From the NCBI GenBank assembly GCA_022340775.1, contig JAJDNH010000088.1, positions 13,464 to 77,463 on the forward strand: a stretch of 64,000 nucleotides of DNA, given 5' to 3'. This DNA comes from Acidobacteriota bacterium (lineage in GTDB: Bacteria; Acidobacteriota; Thermoanaerobaculia; Thermoanaerobaculales; Sulfomarinibacteraceae). A program made the translations under genes and the position numbers. The notes under the pieces are model-generated. The model saw nothing but the letters and a program-made list of their open reading frames with translations. It made no database searches and had not been told where the DNA came from. Shown here one piece after another: positions 33,940 to 42,545 of this stretch (position 1 is its first letter; each line of letters starts with the position of its first letter).

Positions 33940-34650
33940 ATGGGTAACGAGCCCAGCTTGTTGCCGCCAACCTACGACCTCCGCACCCTGGGCGAGGGGA
34001 CGGCGATCTACGAGCGTCTCGAGCAGATGGCCGACGAGATGCTGGCCGCTGCGGGCGAGCAGGTGGGGTGCGCGTTCGAACGGGTGCCGGCCTTCGTTGA
34101 GCGCGCCTGCCGGGAGAGCGGCCGTGACAAGGAGTACTACCGGCGCACCACCCGCGAGCGCTACCTGGCCGACCTGCTTGCGTGCGTGGTCATGAACAGG
34201 CAGTTCTGGCCGGAGTTCGTGGCCCGCCGCGACACGGTGCTCATCCTGCCCGACTGCCTGCGGCGCCGCGGCGAGGAGTGCGAGCGCAAGGGCTCGCGCT
34301 ACGGGGCGCGCTGCGCGGTATGCGACGAGAGCTGTGCGATCGGGCGGATGACGGTGGAGGCGGCGAAGCGCGACGCCGGGGCGTACTTCTCGGACCTCGA
34401 GCACGAGAAGCAGTTTCGCCTCCTCAAGCGCGGTCGCTACCGGGACCTGTCGGTGATCGGGGTCGCGTGCATCTGGATGCTCGCCAACGGAATGCGCGCG
34501 GCGGAAGCGGCCCGCGTGCCGAGCCAGGGAGTGCTGCTCAACTACTGCGGCTGCGAGCACTGGCTGGACGAGCCGTGCGTGACCGACGCGGTGGTCGAGC
34601 GCGTGGTCGAGATCCTCGACGCCAAGGCACGCGCCCGGGCCACGCTGTAG
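33940..34650 (+). CDS. DUF116 domain cysteine-rich protein
   Basis: ILPDCLRRRGEECERKGSRYGARCAVCDESCAIG and VACIWMLANG, as I recall for DUF116. The start could also be 33889. Confidence 0.5.
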   Translation: MGNEPSLLPPTYDLRTLGEGTAIYERLEQMADEMLAAAGEQVGCAFERVPAFVERACRESGRDKEYYRRTTRERYLADLLACVVMNRQFWPEFVARRDTVLILPDCLRRRGEECERKGSRYGARCAVCDESCAIGRMTVEAAKRDAGAYFSDLEHEKQFRLLKRGRYRDLSVIGVACIWMLANGMRAAEAARVPSQGVLLNYCGCEHWLDEPCVTDAVVERVVEILDAKARARATL

Positions 34651-34767
34651 CCCGGAATCGCCTATCATCTAGGGAACAAACATCTGGTCGCACGAGGTGA
34701 CGACGTCCGGAGAGCGGAGAGGTCTGTCGTCACCCTCGCGGCCCAAGCCTGCCGGAGGTACCGACCC

Positions 34768-35877
34768 GTGCCGCTGAGCGGACAGCTCGAGACGATGGGA
34801 CCCGCGGACCTGCTCCAGTGGGCGGCCGGGGGACACAAGACAGGTCTCCTGGTCATAGAGGGACCCCGGTTCACGAAGCGGATCCTGTTCCAGGAGGGCC
34901 TGGTTTCGGCGGTGATGTCCGACGACCCAGCCGAGCAGCTCGGGACCTACCTGGTTGGCTGGGGCTTCCTCGGCGAAGACACCCTCCAACAGCTGCTCGA
35001 GGAGCAGCGCAAGCTCGGGACCATGCTGGGAGAGGAGATGGTGCGTCGCGGCGTGCTCAGCCGCGTGGAGCTCACTCGCGTCCTCAGCCTCAAGACCGAG
35101 GAGTCCATGTTCGACCTCCTGACATGGGAAGAGGGAGAGTTTTCGTTCCTGGAGGAGTCGCGGCCGCGGCGCGAGTTCGAGGGTCTCGGCCTCCCGGTCG
35201 ACCACTTCCTGCTCGAGGGCATGCTGCAGGAAGACGAGCGCAGGGCCATCGCGGAGGTCATCCCGGACTCGAGCTACGTGCCTTCGCTTGCCCCGGAACC
35301 CGAGATCGAGAGCGACAATCCCGAGACGTTGCGGATCCTCGAGGCCGTGGACGGCGTCCGCAGTGTCCGCCGGATCGCGATGTCCTGTCGGCTCCCCGAG
35401 TTCGACGTTCTGCTGGTCCTGGCCGGCGCAGTCCGGGATGGCCTTGTCACCGTTGCACGCGGCGTCGCGGCGCAGCCGGCGGTACGGAGCGGCCCCCCCT
35501 GGCAAGCGGCGTTGCAGGACGCGGCGAACAGCCTTGCCACCGGCGAGCTCCACAACGCCCACCGACACCTGCAGCGAGTGACCACGGACTCCGACGCCGA
35601 GCCGTCGGCGCTCGTCGAGGCCCGGGTCCTGGAGGAGGAGATCCGGAAAGAGGTGGAGCAGGTATTCCTGTACGGCGCCCCGGTAGCGGTGCTGGCCGTC
35701 ACCCTCGAGGAGCTGGACGACATGAACACCTCGCCCGAGGAGGCGTTCGCACTGTCCCGCGTCAACAGCCGCTACACCGTCCACCAGGTGCTCGCACAGC
35801 TGCCGGGTAGCCGCCTGGACGGCCTGCTGGTGCTGCACGACCTGCTGCTGCGCGGGCTCATCCGGCTGGAACGCTAA
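34768..35877 (+). CDS. DUF4388 (PatA-N-like) domain protein
   Basis: GTG start. LSGQLETMGPADLLQWAAGGHKTGLLVIEG matches the DUF4388 N-terminal signature. Confidence 0.65.
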   Translation: MPLSGQLETMGPADLLQWAAGGHKTGLLVIEGPRFTKRILFQEGLVSAVMSDDPAEQLGTYLVGWGFLGEDTLQQLLEEQRKLGTMLGEEMVRRGVLSRVELTRVLSLKTEESMFDLLTWEEGEFSFLEESRPRREFEGLGLPVDHFLLEGMLQEDERRAIAEVIPDSSYVPSLAPEPEIESDNPETLRILEAVDGVRSVRRIAMSCRLPEFDVLLVLAGAVRDGLVTVARGVAAQPAVRSGPPWQAALQDAANSLATGELHNAHRHLQRVTTDSDAEPSALVEARVLEEEIRKEVEQVFLYGAPVAVLAVTLEELDDMNTSPEEAFALSRVNSRYTVHQVLAQLPGSRLDGLLVLHDLLLRGLIRLER

Positions 35878-36112
35878 GGAGGCGCGGGCGGAGCGCCCGT
35901 TCTACTCCACTCCGCGATACGGGGTCATCTGCGCGTTTTTCGCTTGTCGTCCGCCTCCGAAGTACCTGCAGGTACGACTGCGGCGTGCTCCGGCACGAGA
36001 AAACGCATATCTGACACCCGTCTCACGAAGCTCGCTACGAACGGACTCCCCGTCCGCGCCTCTCAAGACTCTGAGCGGACAAGGTTCCCTTTTGTTCCAG
36101 GCCAACACAAGA

Positions 36113-36221
36113 GGCAGATCCGAGCGCAGCGGCCCCTCGGGGCGGGAAGACCGGATCGAGGTCCTCCTCGAGACCGGGCTGACCGCCCCCGAGGGGTGCG
36201 GCCGCAGGCCGCGGATCTGCC
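36113..36221. other. 109-nt long imperfect palindrome in a repeat-free 480-nt leader
   Basis: GGCAGATCCG (36113-36122) pairs with CGGATCTGCC (36212-36221). Inner pairs are CCCCTCGGGG/CCCCGAGGGG, with an apical TCGAGG-TCCT-CCTCGA. Confidence 0.4.
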
Positions 36222-36361
36222 GTACAGGCAGGCGTCACGACGGAACCGGAGAGGGCTCAGGCAGGGATCATGATTCCGATGTGCACTGGTAGAGTTGGAC
36301 AGCACCGGCCGGCGTGCGAGGCCACGCCTCCGCCCGGCCAGCAAGTTCGAGGGGGATACCG

Positions 36362-39300
36362 ATGCTCTTACGCCGCCTTGTCACCCTGCTCCTGCTCATG
36401 GCCGCTCCGGCGGCCGCGGGCCGGGTCGATCCCGCCCTGCTCCAGGACCTGCACTGGCGCCTCATCGGGCCGTTCCGCGGCGGCCGCGTCCTGGCGGTCA
36501 CCGGAGTGCCCAGCGAGCCGGACCACTTCTACTTCGGCTCCGTCAACGGCGGCGTCTGGGAGACGGTCGACGCCGGGCGAACCTGGCGGCCGATCTTCGA
36601 CCGCGTACCGGTGGGATCGATCGGTGCATTGGCGGTCGCGCCCTCCAATCCGAAGGTGATCTACGCCGGCACCGGCGAGGCCGACATGCGATCCGACATC
36701 GCCCAGGGCAAGGGCGTCTACGCCTCGAGCGACGGCGGCAAGACCTGGCGCTTCGCGGGCCTCGGCGACAGCCAGCAGATCGGGCGTATCGAGGTCGACC
36801 CGCGCGATCCAAGCGTGGTCTGGGTGGCGGCGCTCGGCCACCCGTACGGGCCGAACGAGCAGCGCGGCATCTTCAAGTCGACCGACGGTGGCAAGAGCTG
36901 GCGCAAGGTGCTCGGGCCGGATGAGGACACCGGCGGGATCGAGCTGGTGCTGGCGCCGGACGACCCCGACACGGTCTACGCCGCCCTGTGGCAGACGCGG
37001 CGCCCGCCGTGGAGCGTCTACCCGCCCTCGAACGGCCCGGGATCCGGCCTCTACAAGTCGACCGACGGCGGCAAGCACTGGCAGAAGATCGAGGGCCACG
37101 GCTTCCCGAAGGCGCCGGGAAGGATCGGTCTCGCCGTCGCCCCGAGTGAGCCGAGCCGCGTGTACGCCCTCGTCGACGCCGATGACGGCGGCGGTCTCTA
37201 CCGCTCCGACGACCGCGGCGCACACTGGACGACGACCAGCACCGACACCCGAGTCTGGTACCGGGGCTGGTACTTCGGACAGATCACGGTCGAGCCGCGC
37301 GACGCCGACGTCGTCTATGTCTGCAACACGGTCCTTCTCCGCTCCGCGGACGGTGGCAAGACCTTCGTGCCGATCGAGGGCGACGCCACCGGCGACGACT
37401 TCCACCAGATGTGGATCAACCCGAAGCACCCCGAACGCAGGATCCTGGGCACCGACCAGGGCACGATCGTGAGCGTCGACGACGGTGCCAGCTGGAGCTC
37501 CTGGTACAACCAGCCGACCGCTCAGCTGTACCACATCGCGGCCGACAACCGTTTCCCGTTCCGGGTCTACGCGGCGCAGCAGGACTCGGGTTCGATCTCG
37601 TTGCCGAGCCGCACCATGACCTGGGACGGCATCAGCCCCGACAAGGTGATGCGGATTCCGGTCGGTGGCGAGAGTCAGAACCTCGCGCCCGATCCACTCG
37701 ACCCCGACATCATCTACGGCGGCACAGTAGACAGGCTCGACCTGCGCACCTGGCAGGCACGGTCGATCGATCCGACGGTTGCCCACCCCGATCGCTGGCG
37801 CCGCACCTGGACGTTGCCGCTCGCGTTCTCGTTCCGCGATCCACGCGTGCTGTACTTCGCGCGTCAAAAGATCTTCAGGACCGACGACGGCGGCAACCAC
37901 TGGGAGATCATCAGCCCCGACCTGACCCGCCACGAGCCGGGCGCCCTCCCCAACCTCGACCCGATCACCGCCAAGGACGCCTTCGGCCTCGGACCGCGCC
38001 GCGGCGTCGTCTACGCGCTGGCGCCGTCGCACCTGGCCGACCACGAGCTGTGGGCGGGCACCGACGACGGCCTCGTCTGGCGCACCCGCGACGGCGGCCA
38101 GCACTGGCAGAACGTGACCCCGCCCGAGCTCACGCCGTGGTCCAAGGTCGGCATCATCGAGACCTCGCACTTCGATCCACAGACCGCCTATGTCGCGGTC
38201 GACCGCCACCGTCTGGACGACCGCAAGCCGTACATCTACCGGACGCATGACGGGGGCCAGAGCTGGCAGCTGACGGTCGACGGCATCGCCTCCGACCACT
38301 TCGTCAACGCGGTGCGCGAGGACCCGGCGCGCGAGGGCCTGCTCTACGCGGCAACCGAGGAGGGCGTCTACTTCTCTCTCGACGACGGCGATCACTGGCA
38401 GTCGCTGCAGCTCAACCTGCCGGTGACCTCGGTGCGCGACCTGGTCGTCCACGGCGACGACCTGGCAATCGCCACCCACGGGCGCGGCATCTGGATCCTC
38501 GACGACGTGGCGCCGCTGCGCCAGCTCACGGCCGAGGTCGAGGCGGCGCCGGTCTGGCTCTTCAAGCCGGCGACCGCCTACCGGCTGCGCTTCGCGGGCT
38601 TCACCGGAACGCCAATGCCGAAGGACGAACCGACGGCGCCCAACCCTCCCGCCGGCGCCTGGATCGACTACCTGCTCAAGACCGCGCCGGCCGGGCCGGT
38701 GACCCTCGAGATCCGCGATGCCGCCGGCGCAGTGGTCGACAGCTGGTCAAGCGCCGACAAGGTGCGAAGCCCCGACCCGCGCCGCATGCGGATGGCGCCG
38801 CAGTGGTTCGAGCCGCCGGCGCACATCGAGGCGACCCCGGGGATGCACCGCTTCGTCTGGAATCTACGCTATTCCTCGAGTCCCGGGGTCGGCGGTTTCC
38901 GGTACCGAGGCGGCGTCTGGGCGCCTCCAGGGGAGTACACGGTGGTGCTGACCGTCGACGGCTCGACCCTCACCCGAACCCTGACCGTGGCGCCCGACCC
39001 GCGCGTCAAGCTCGAGCCCGCAGCGTACCGGGAGGAGTTCGAGCTGGCGCGGCGCGTGGAGACGCTTGCGTCACGGGTGGCCAAGACGGAGCGTGCCGTC
39101 GCCGGCGTCCAGCGCCAGCTCAGGGCGCGCCAACGGGAGGCCCGGGGCGAGGTCGCCGCGGCACTCGACGGCTTGAGTGAGAAGCTGACGGCACTGACCG
39201 GCGTCGAGCCGAGGATCAGCCCTGCCAACATCTGGTTCTCCCCGCCGAAGAGCGTCGACAGCCTGCGCTGGCTCTCCGGCACCTTGCGCGAGCTGCTGCA

Positions 39301-39478
39301 GGTCGTGGACGGCGCAGACGCCGCGCCGTCGGCCGACGCGCGCGCCGCCTACGCCAAGCTGGAGCCGATGGTCAACTCGGCCGTCGGGGTCTGGCGCCGC
39401 ATCTCGGCCACCGACCTGGCGGCCCTCAACGAGAAGCTCGCCGCCGCGGGGATGAAAGCGATCACGACGCGCCGCTGA
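36362..39478 (+). CDS. sortilin/VPS10-like BNR (Asp-box) repeat protein, secreted
   Basis: Start trimmed to ATG 36362, with a signal peptide. There are 10 Asp-boxes, including SSDGGKTW, STDGGKSW, STDGGKHW, TDDGGNHW, TRDGGQHW and THDGGQSW. Confidence 0.85.
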   Translation: MLLRRLVTLLLLMAAPAAAGRVDPALLQDLHWRLIGPFRGGRVLAVTGVPSEPDHFYFGSVNGGVWETVDAGRTWRPIFDRVPVGSIGALAVAPSNPKVIYAGTGEADMRSDIAQGKGVYASSDGGKTWRFAGLGDSQQIGRIEVDPRDPSVVWVAALGHPYGPNEQRGIFKSTDGGKSWRKVLGPDEDTGGIELVLAPDDPDTVYAALWQTRRPPWSVYPPSNGPGSGLYKSTDGGKHWQKIEGHGFPKAPGRIGLAVAPSEPSRVYALVDADDGGGLYRSDDRGAHWTTTSTDTRVWYRGWYFGQITVEPRDADVVYVCNTVLLRSADGGKTFVPIEGDATGDDFHQMWINPKHPERRILGTDQGTIVSVDDGASWSSWYNQPTAQLYHIAADNRFPFRVYAAQQDSGSISLPSRTMTWDGISPDKVMRIPVGGESQNLAPDPLDPDIIYGGTVDRLDLRTWQARSIDPTVAHPDRWRRTWTLPLAFSFRDPRVLYFARQKIFRTDDGGNHWEIISPDLTRHEPGALPNLDPITAKDAFGLGPRRGVVYALAPSHLADHELWAGTDDGLVWRTRDGGQHWQNVTPPELTPWSKVGIIETSHFDPQTAYVAVDRHRLDDRKPYIYRTHDGGQSWQLTVDGIASDHFVNAVREDPAREGLLYAATEEGVYFSLDDGDHWQSLQLNLPVTSVRDLVVHGDDLAIATHGRGIWILDDVAPLRQLTAEVEAAPVWLFKPATAYRLRFAGFTGTPMPKDEPTAPNPPAGAWIDYLLKTAPAGPVTLEIRDAAGAVVDSWSSADKVRSPDPRRMRMAPQWFEPPAHIEATPGMHRFVWNLRYSSSPGVGGFRYRGGVWAPPGEYTVVLTVDGSTLTRTLTVAPDPRVKLEPAAYREEFELARRVETLASRVAKTERAVAGVQRQLRARQREARGEVAAALDGLSEKLTALTGVEPRISPANIWFSPPKSVDSLRWLSGTLRELLQVVDGADAAPSADARAAYAKLEPMVNSAVGVWRRISATDLAALNEKLAAAGMKAITTRR

Positions 39479-39867
39479 TGCGGACTGCCTTTGGGTGGTG
39501 TCCGCAGCCCCGGCGGCCGGACGTCTGCCCCACAGATGCCCGTCGTCACCTGCCCAAAACGGGAAGCACGGGGAGGACTCTCTGGGGCTCCGGCGGCCGC
39601 GCGGTCATAGGGTGACCGCACGCCTCGTGTCTCCGGCGGGAGCAACGTCTCGAGAGCGGATGAACGACTCCCCGGCTCCCGCCGGAGAACCCTCGGGCCG
39701 CCTCCTTCAATCGTGGAGCCGATACTCCCGTCCCCAAGGGCCGAGATTGCCCCCCTTGACGTTTCTCTCCAGCGCTTACCTCTCGTCATGGCCCTTCAGA
39801 GAAACATCAAGGACCGCACGTCCGTTTGAACGCACCCTTCTCCGAGGCGCACTGCGGGCACCTTCTC

Positions 39868-40342
39868 TGGGTGGGCAGGGGGCGTCTGGCGTCTGGCGTC
39901 TTCCGTTTCCCGTCTCCCGTTTCCCGTCTTCCCTCCCGGGCGGACGGTGGTCTCCGTCACTCCATCACTCCATCATTCCGTCACTCCGTCACTTGCCCGG
40001 GTGGGCGGGGGCTCGTCTCGCGTCTTGCGTCTCGCGTCTCGCTTCCTCGGCGGGTGGGCGGGGGTTCGTCTCGCGTCTTGCGTCTCGCGTCTCGCTTCCC
40101 GGGTAGGTGGGGGCACGTTTCGCGCCTCCCGTCTCCCGTCTTCCCTCCCGGGCGGGCGGTGGTCTCCGTCACTCCGTCACTTGCCCGGGTGGGCGGGGGT
40201 TCGTCTCGCGTCTTGCGTCTCGCGTCTCGCTTCCCGGGTGGGTGGGGGCACGTTTCGCGCCTCCCGCCTCCCGTCTTCCCTCCCGGGCGGGCGGTGGTCT
40301 CCGTCACTCCATCACTCCATCATTCCGTCACTCCGTCACTTG
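39868..40342 (+). repeat. Largest G-box/word cassette array (9 modules, ~137-nt higher-order period)
   Basis: Modules cycle through a GTCTCGC cassette, a CCCGTCTC cassette and a CTCCGTCA cassette, each led by CCGGGYGGGCGGKGG. Segments 40048-40183 and 40184-40342 are near-duplicates. Confidence 0.9.
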
Positions 40343-40437
40343 ATCAGCACGGGACGGTCGTCTCGCCCTCCTCCCCTTGCATCCGCCGGGCCGCGCCGCA
40401 ATAATCAGCTGGAAATCGAGACCCGGAGATCAGCCCC

Positions 40438-42534
40438 ATGCTCGATGCACTGTTTCGCCCAAGATCCGTTGCCGTCATTGGCGCGAGCACCCGGCGGCTG
40501 ACGATCGGCTACCAGATCATCCAGAACCTGCTGGAGTTCGGGTTCACCGGCACCATTTACCCCGTCAACCCGAAGGCGCCGGCCATCCGCTCGATCCACG
40601 CCCACCCCTCGATCCTCGACGTCCCCGACGAGGTCGACCTCGCCCACATCATCGTCAAGAACACGATGGTTCCGGACATCATCGCCGAGTGCGGGACCAA
40701 GGGAGTCAAGGTCGCCATCGTGAACACCTCGGGCTTCTCCGAGGTGGGCGGCGAGGGGATCGCCCTGGAGCAGGAGATCGTGCGCGTGGCGCGCGCCAAC
40801 CGGGTGCGCCTTTTCGGGCCGAACTGTCAGGGAATTATCAACACCGACCCCGAGATCCGGGCCTACTGCAACTTCACCTTCACCCGTCCGACCGAGGGCT
40901 CGATCTCGGTGATCGCCCAGTCGGGCGGGGTTGCCGAGGTGATCAACAACCGCCTGTACGAGCTCGGAGCCGGCCTCCGCATGTACGCCTCGAACGGCAA
41001 CGCCTGCGACGTCTCGATCCCGGAGATCATCGCCTACTGGGGTGACGACCCGGGAACGCGGGTCATCGTCTGCCACGTCGAGAGCCTGTCCGACCCGGCC
41101 GAGTTCCTGCGCGTTGCGAGCATGGTCGCGCGCCGTAAGCCGGTTCTCGGCCTCAAGACCGGACGGACCCGGGCCGGCGCACGAGCCGTCAGCTCCCACA
41201 CCGGCGGGCTGATGAAGGAAGATACGACGACCGAGATCATCTTCCGCGAGGCGGGGGTGGTGTCGTTTTCTGATCAGGCGTCCATGTGCGAGGCCGCCTA
41301 CGCGCTCGCTTCGCAGCCGGCGCCGGCCGGCCGCCGCGTCGGCGTGATGACCAACGCCGGCGGCCCGGGCATCATCAGCACCGACGAGATCATCGGGGCC
41401 GGCTGCGAGATCCCCGAGCTCGGAGAAGCGACCCAGGCTGCACTTCGCGCGGTGTTGTTCGACGAGGCGATCGTCACCAACCCGGTCGATGTGCTGGCAA
41501 CAGGGACGCCCGAGCAGTTCGGGGCCACGGTTCGGATGCTGCTCGAGGACGACGGGCTCGACGCCGTGCTGGTGAACTTCATCACCCCGTTCTTCGTCGA
41601 CTGCAAGGGCGTCGCGAGGGAGATCGTGGCGGCGGCACCGGGCGCCGCCAAGCCGGTGGTGGTCGTCGTGATGACCCGCAAGGAGTCATGGACCCGCACC
41701 CTGCGCATCCTGCGCGAGGGCGGCGTGCCGGTCTTCGATCTACCTGAGCAGGGCGCGCGGGCGCTCGGCGCCATGGTCCGCGATCGAACCCTGCGCGACC
41801 GCCCCCACGACCGGCCGGCTGAGCCTTCGATCTCCGGAGGCACGGCAGCAGCCGCCATCATCGACCGCACCCTCGCGCGCGGCCGCACTTACCTGCCGCA
41901 GGTACGGGCGTACGAGCTGCTCGAGGCGTACGGCCTGCGGACGCCGAAGGCGGCGGAAGCCGGGGACCTCGAGGAGTGCCTGGAGGCGGCAACCGCGATC
42001 GGCTACCCGGTGGTGCTGAAGGTCGAGCGCGACGACGTGGTCCACAAGTCGGACTCCGGCGGGATCGTGCTCGGGCTTGGCGACGAGGATGCCCTGAGCC
42101 GCGCCTGGACCGAAATGAGGACGCGCTTCCAACAGCCCGACACCCGCTTCCTCGTCGCCGCGTCCATCGACCACGACGGTCCCGAGGTGATGATGGGCGC
42201 CAAGCGCGAGGCCGGCCTCGGCCACGTCGTCGCCTTCGGCCTCGGCGGAGTGTTCGTCGAGGTGCTGGGCGACGTGGCATTCGGCATCGCCCCGCTGTCA
42301 GAAAGCCAAGCCCGCGATCTCATCACCGGAGTCAAGGGCTTCCCGCTGCTGTCCGGCGCGCGCGGCCGGGCCGCAGTCGACATCAGCCGCCTCGCCGACG
42401 CCCTGTGCCGCCTCGGCCGGCTGGTCACCGACAACCCGCGCATCACTGAGCTCGATCTCAACCCCGTCTTCGCCTTCCCGGCGGGCCGCGACCCGATCGT
42501 CGTCGACGCCCGCATCCGGGTCTCCGGCGACTAA
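40438..42534 (+). CDS. ADP-forming acyl-CoA synthetase (acetate-CoA ligase family; CoA-binding + ligase-CoA + ATP-grasp domains)
   Basis: SVAVIGAS...GYQII, GPNCQGIIN and VSSHTGGL. The C-terminal ATP-grasp_5 segment reads GYPVVLKV...HKSDSGGIVLGL. Confidence 0.85.
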   Translation: MLDALFRPRSVAVIGASTRRLTIGYQIIQNLLEFGFTGTIYPVNPKAPAIRSIHAHPSILDVPDEVDLAHIIVKNTMVPDIIAECGTKGVKVAIVNTSGFSEVGGEGIALEQEIVRVARANRVRLFGPNCQGIINTDPEIRAYCNFTFTRPTEGSISVIAQSGGVAEVINNRLYELGAGLRMYASNGNACDVSIPEIIAYWGDDPGTRVIVCHVESLSDPAEFLRVASMVARRKPVLGLKTGRTRAGARAVSSHTGGLMKEDTTTEIIFREAGVVSFSDQASMCEAAYALASQPAPAGRRVGVMTNAGGPGIISTDEIIGAGCEIPELGEATQAALRAVLFDEAIVTNPVDVLATGTPEQFGATVRMLLEDDGLDAVLVNFITPFFVDCKGVAREIVAAAPGAAKPVVVVVMTRKESWTRTLRILREGGVPVFDLPEQGARALGAMVRDRTLRDRPHDRPAEPSISGGTAAAAIIDRTLARGRTYLPQVRAYELLEAYGLRTPKAAEAGDLEECLEAATAIGYPVVLKVERDDVVHKSDSGGIVLGLGDEDALSRAWTEMRTRFQQPDTRFLVAASIDHDGPEVMMGAKREAGLGHVVAFGLGGVFVEVLGDVAFGIAPLSESQARDLITGVKGFPLLSGARGRAAVDISRLADALCRLGRLVTDNPRITELDLNPVFAFPAGRDPIVVDARIRVSGD

Positions 42535-42545
42535 GGAGAACCGCC

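Noticed and set aside
32356-34668. Extended N-termini in track ORFs: 770-aa symporter, 634-aa dehydrogenase (50778-52682), 1085-aa NuoF fusion (43991), 506-aa CydA (17746), 499-aa zinc-ribbon protein (17327) and 290-aa DUF5320 (3910).
   Set aside because: The upstream parts are non-protein-like and cross neighbouring genes or repeats. Internal starts with good SD sequences coincide with the expected family N-termini.
36368-38479. Very long antisense or off-frame ORFs. Examples are 36368-38479 (-), 4688-6016 (-), 6017-7213 (-), 44279-45760 (-), 45893-47290 (-), 47487-49571 (+), 49493-50809 (+), 58625-59692 (-), 60037-61845 (-) and 7638-9110 (+).
   Set aside because: These are typical stop-poor shadow frames of a high-GC genome. 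Their translations are Arg/Pro/Gly/Ala-rich junk with no motifs. Each overlaps a frame with clear family signatures.
39868-40342. Possible CRISPR array: a regular 15-17-nt conserved box alternates with 30-45-nt variable inserts.
   Set aside because: The 'spacers' are low-complexity tandem words drawn from only about five types. The same types are reused at many other loci and repeated within the array. The 'repeat' is too short and degenerate, and no cas genes lie in the window.
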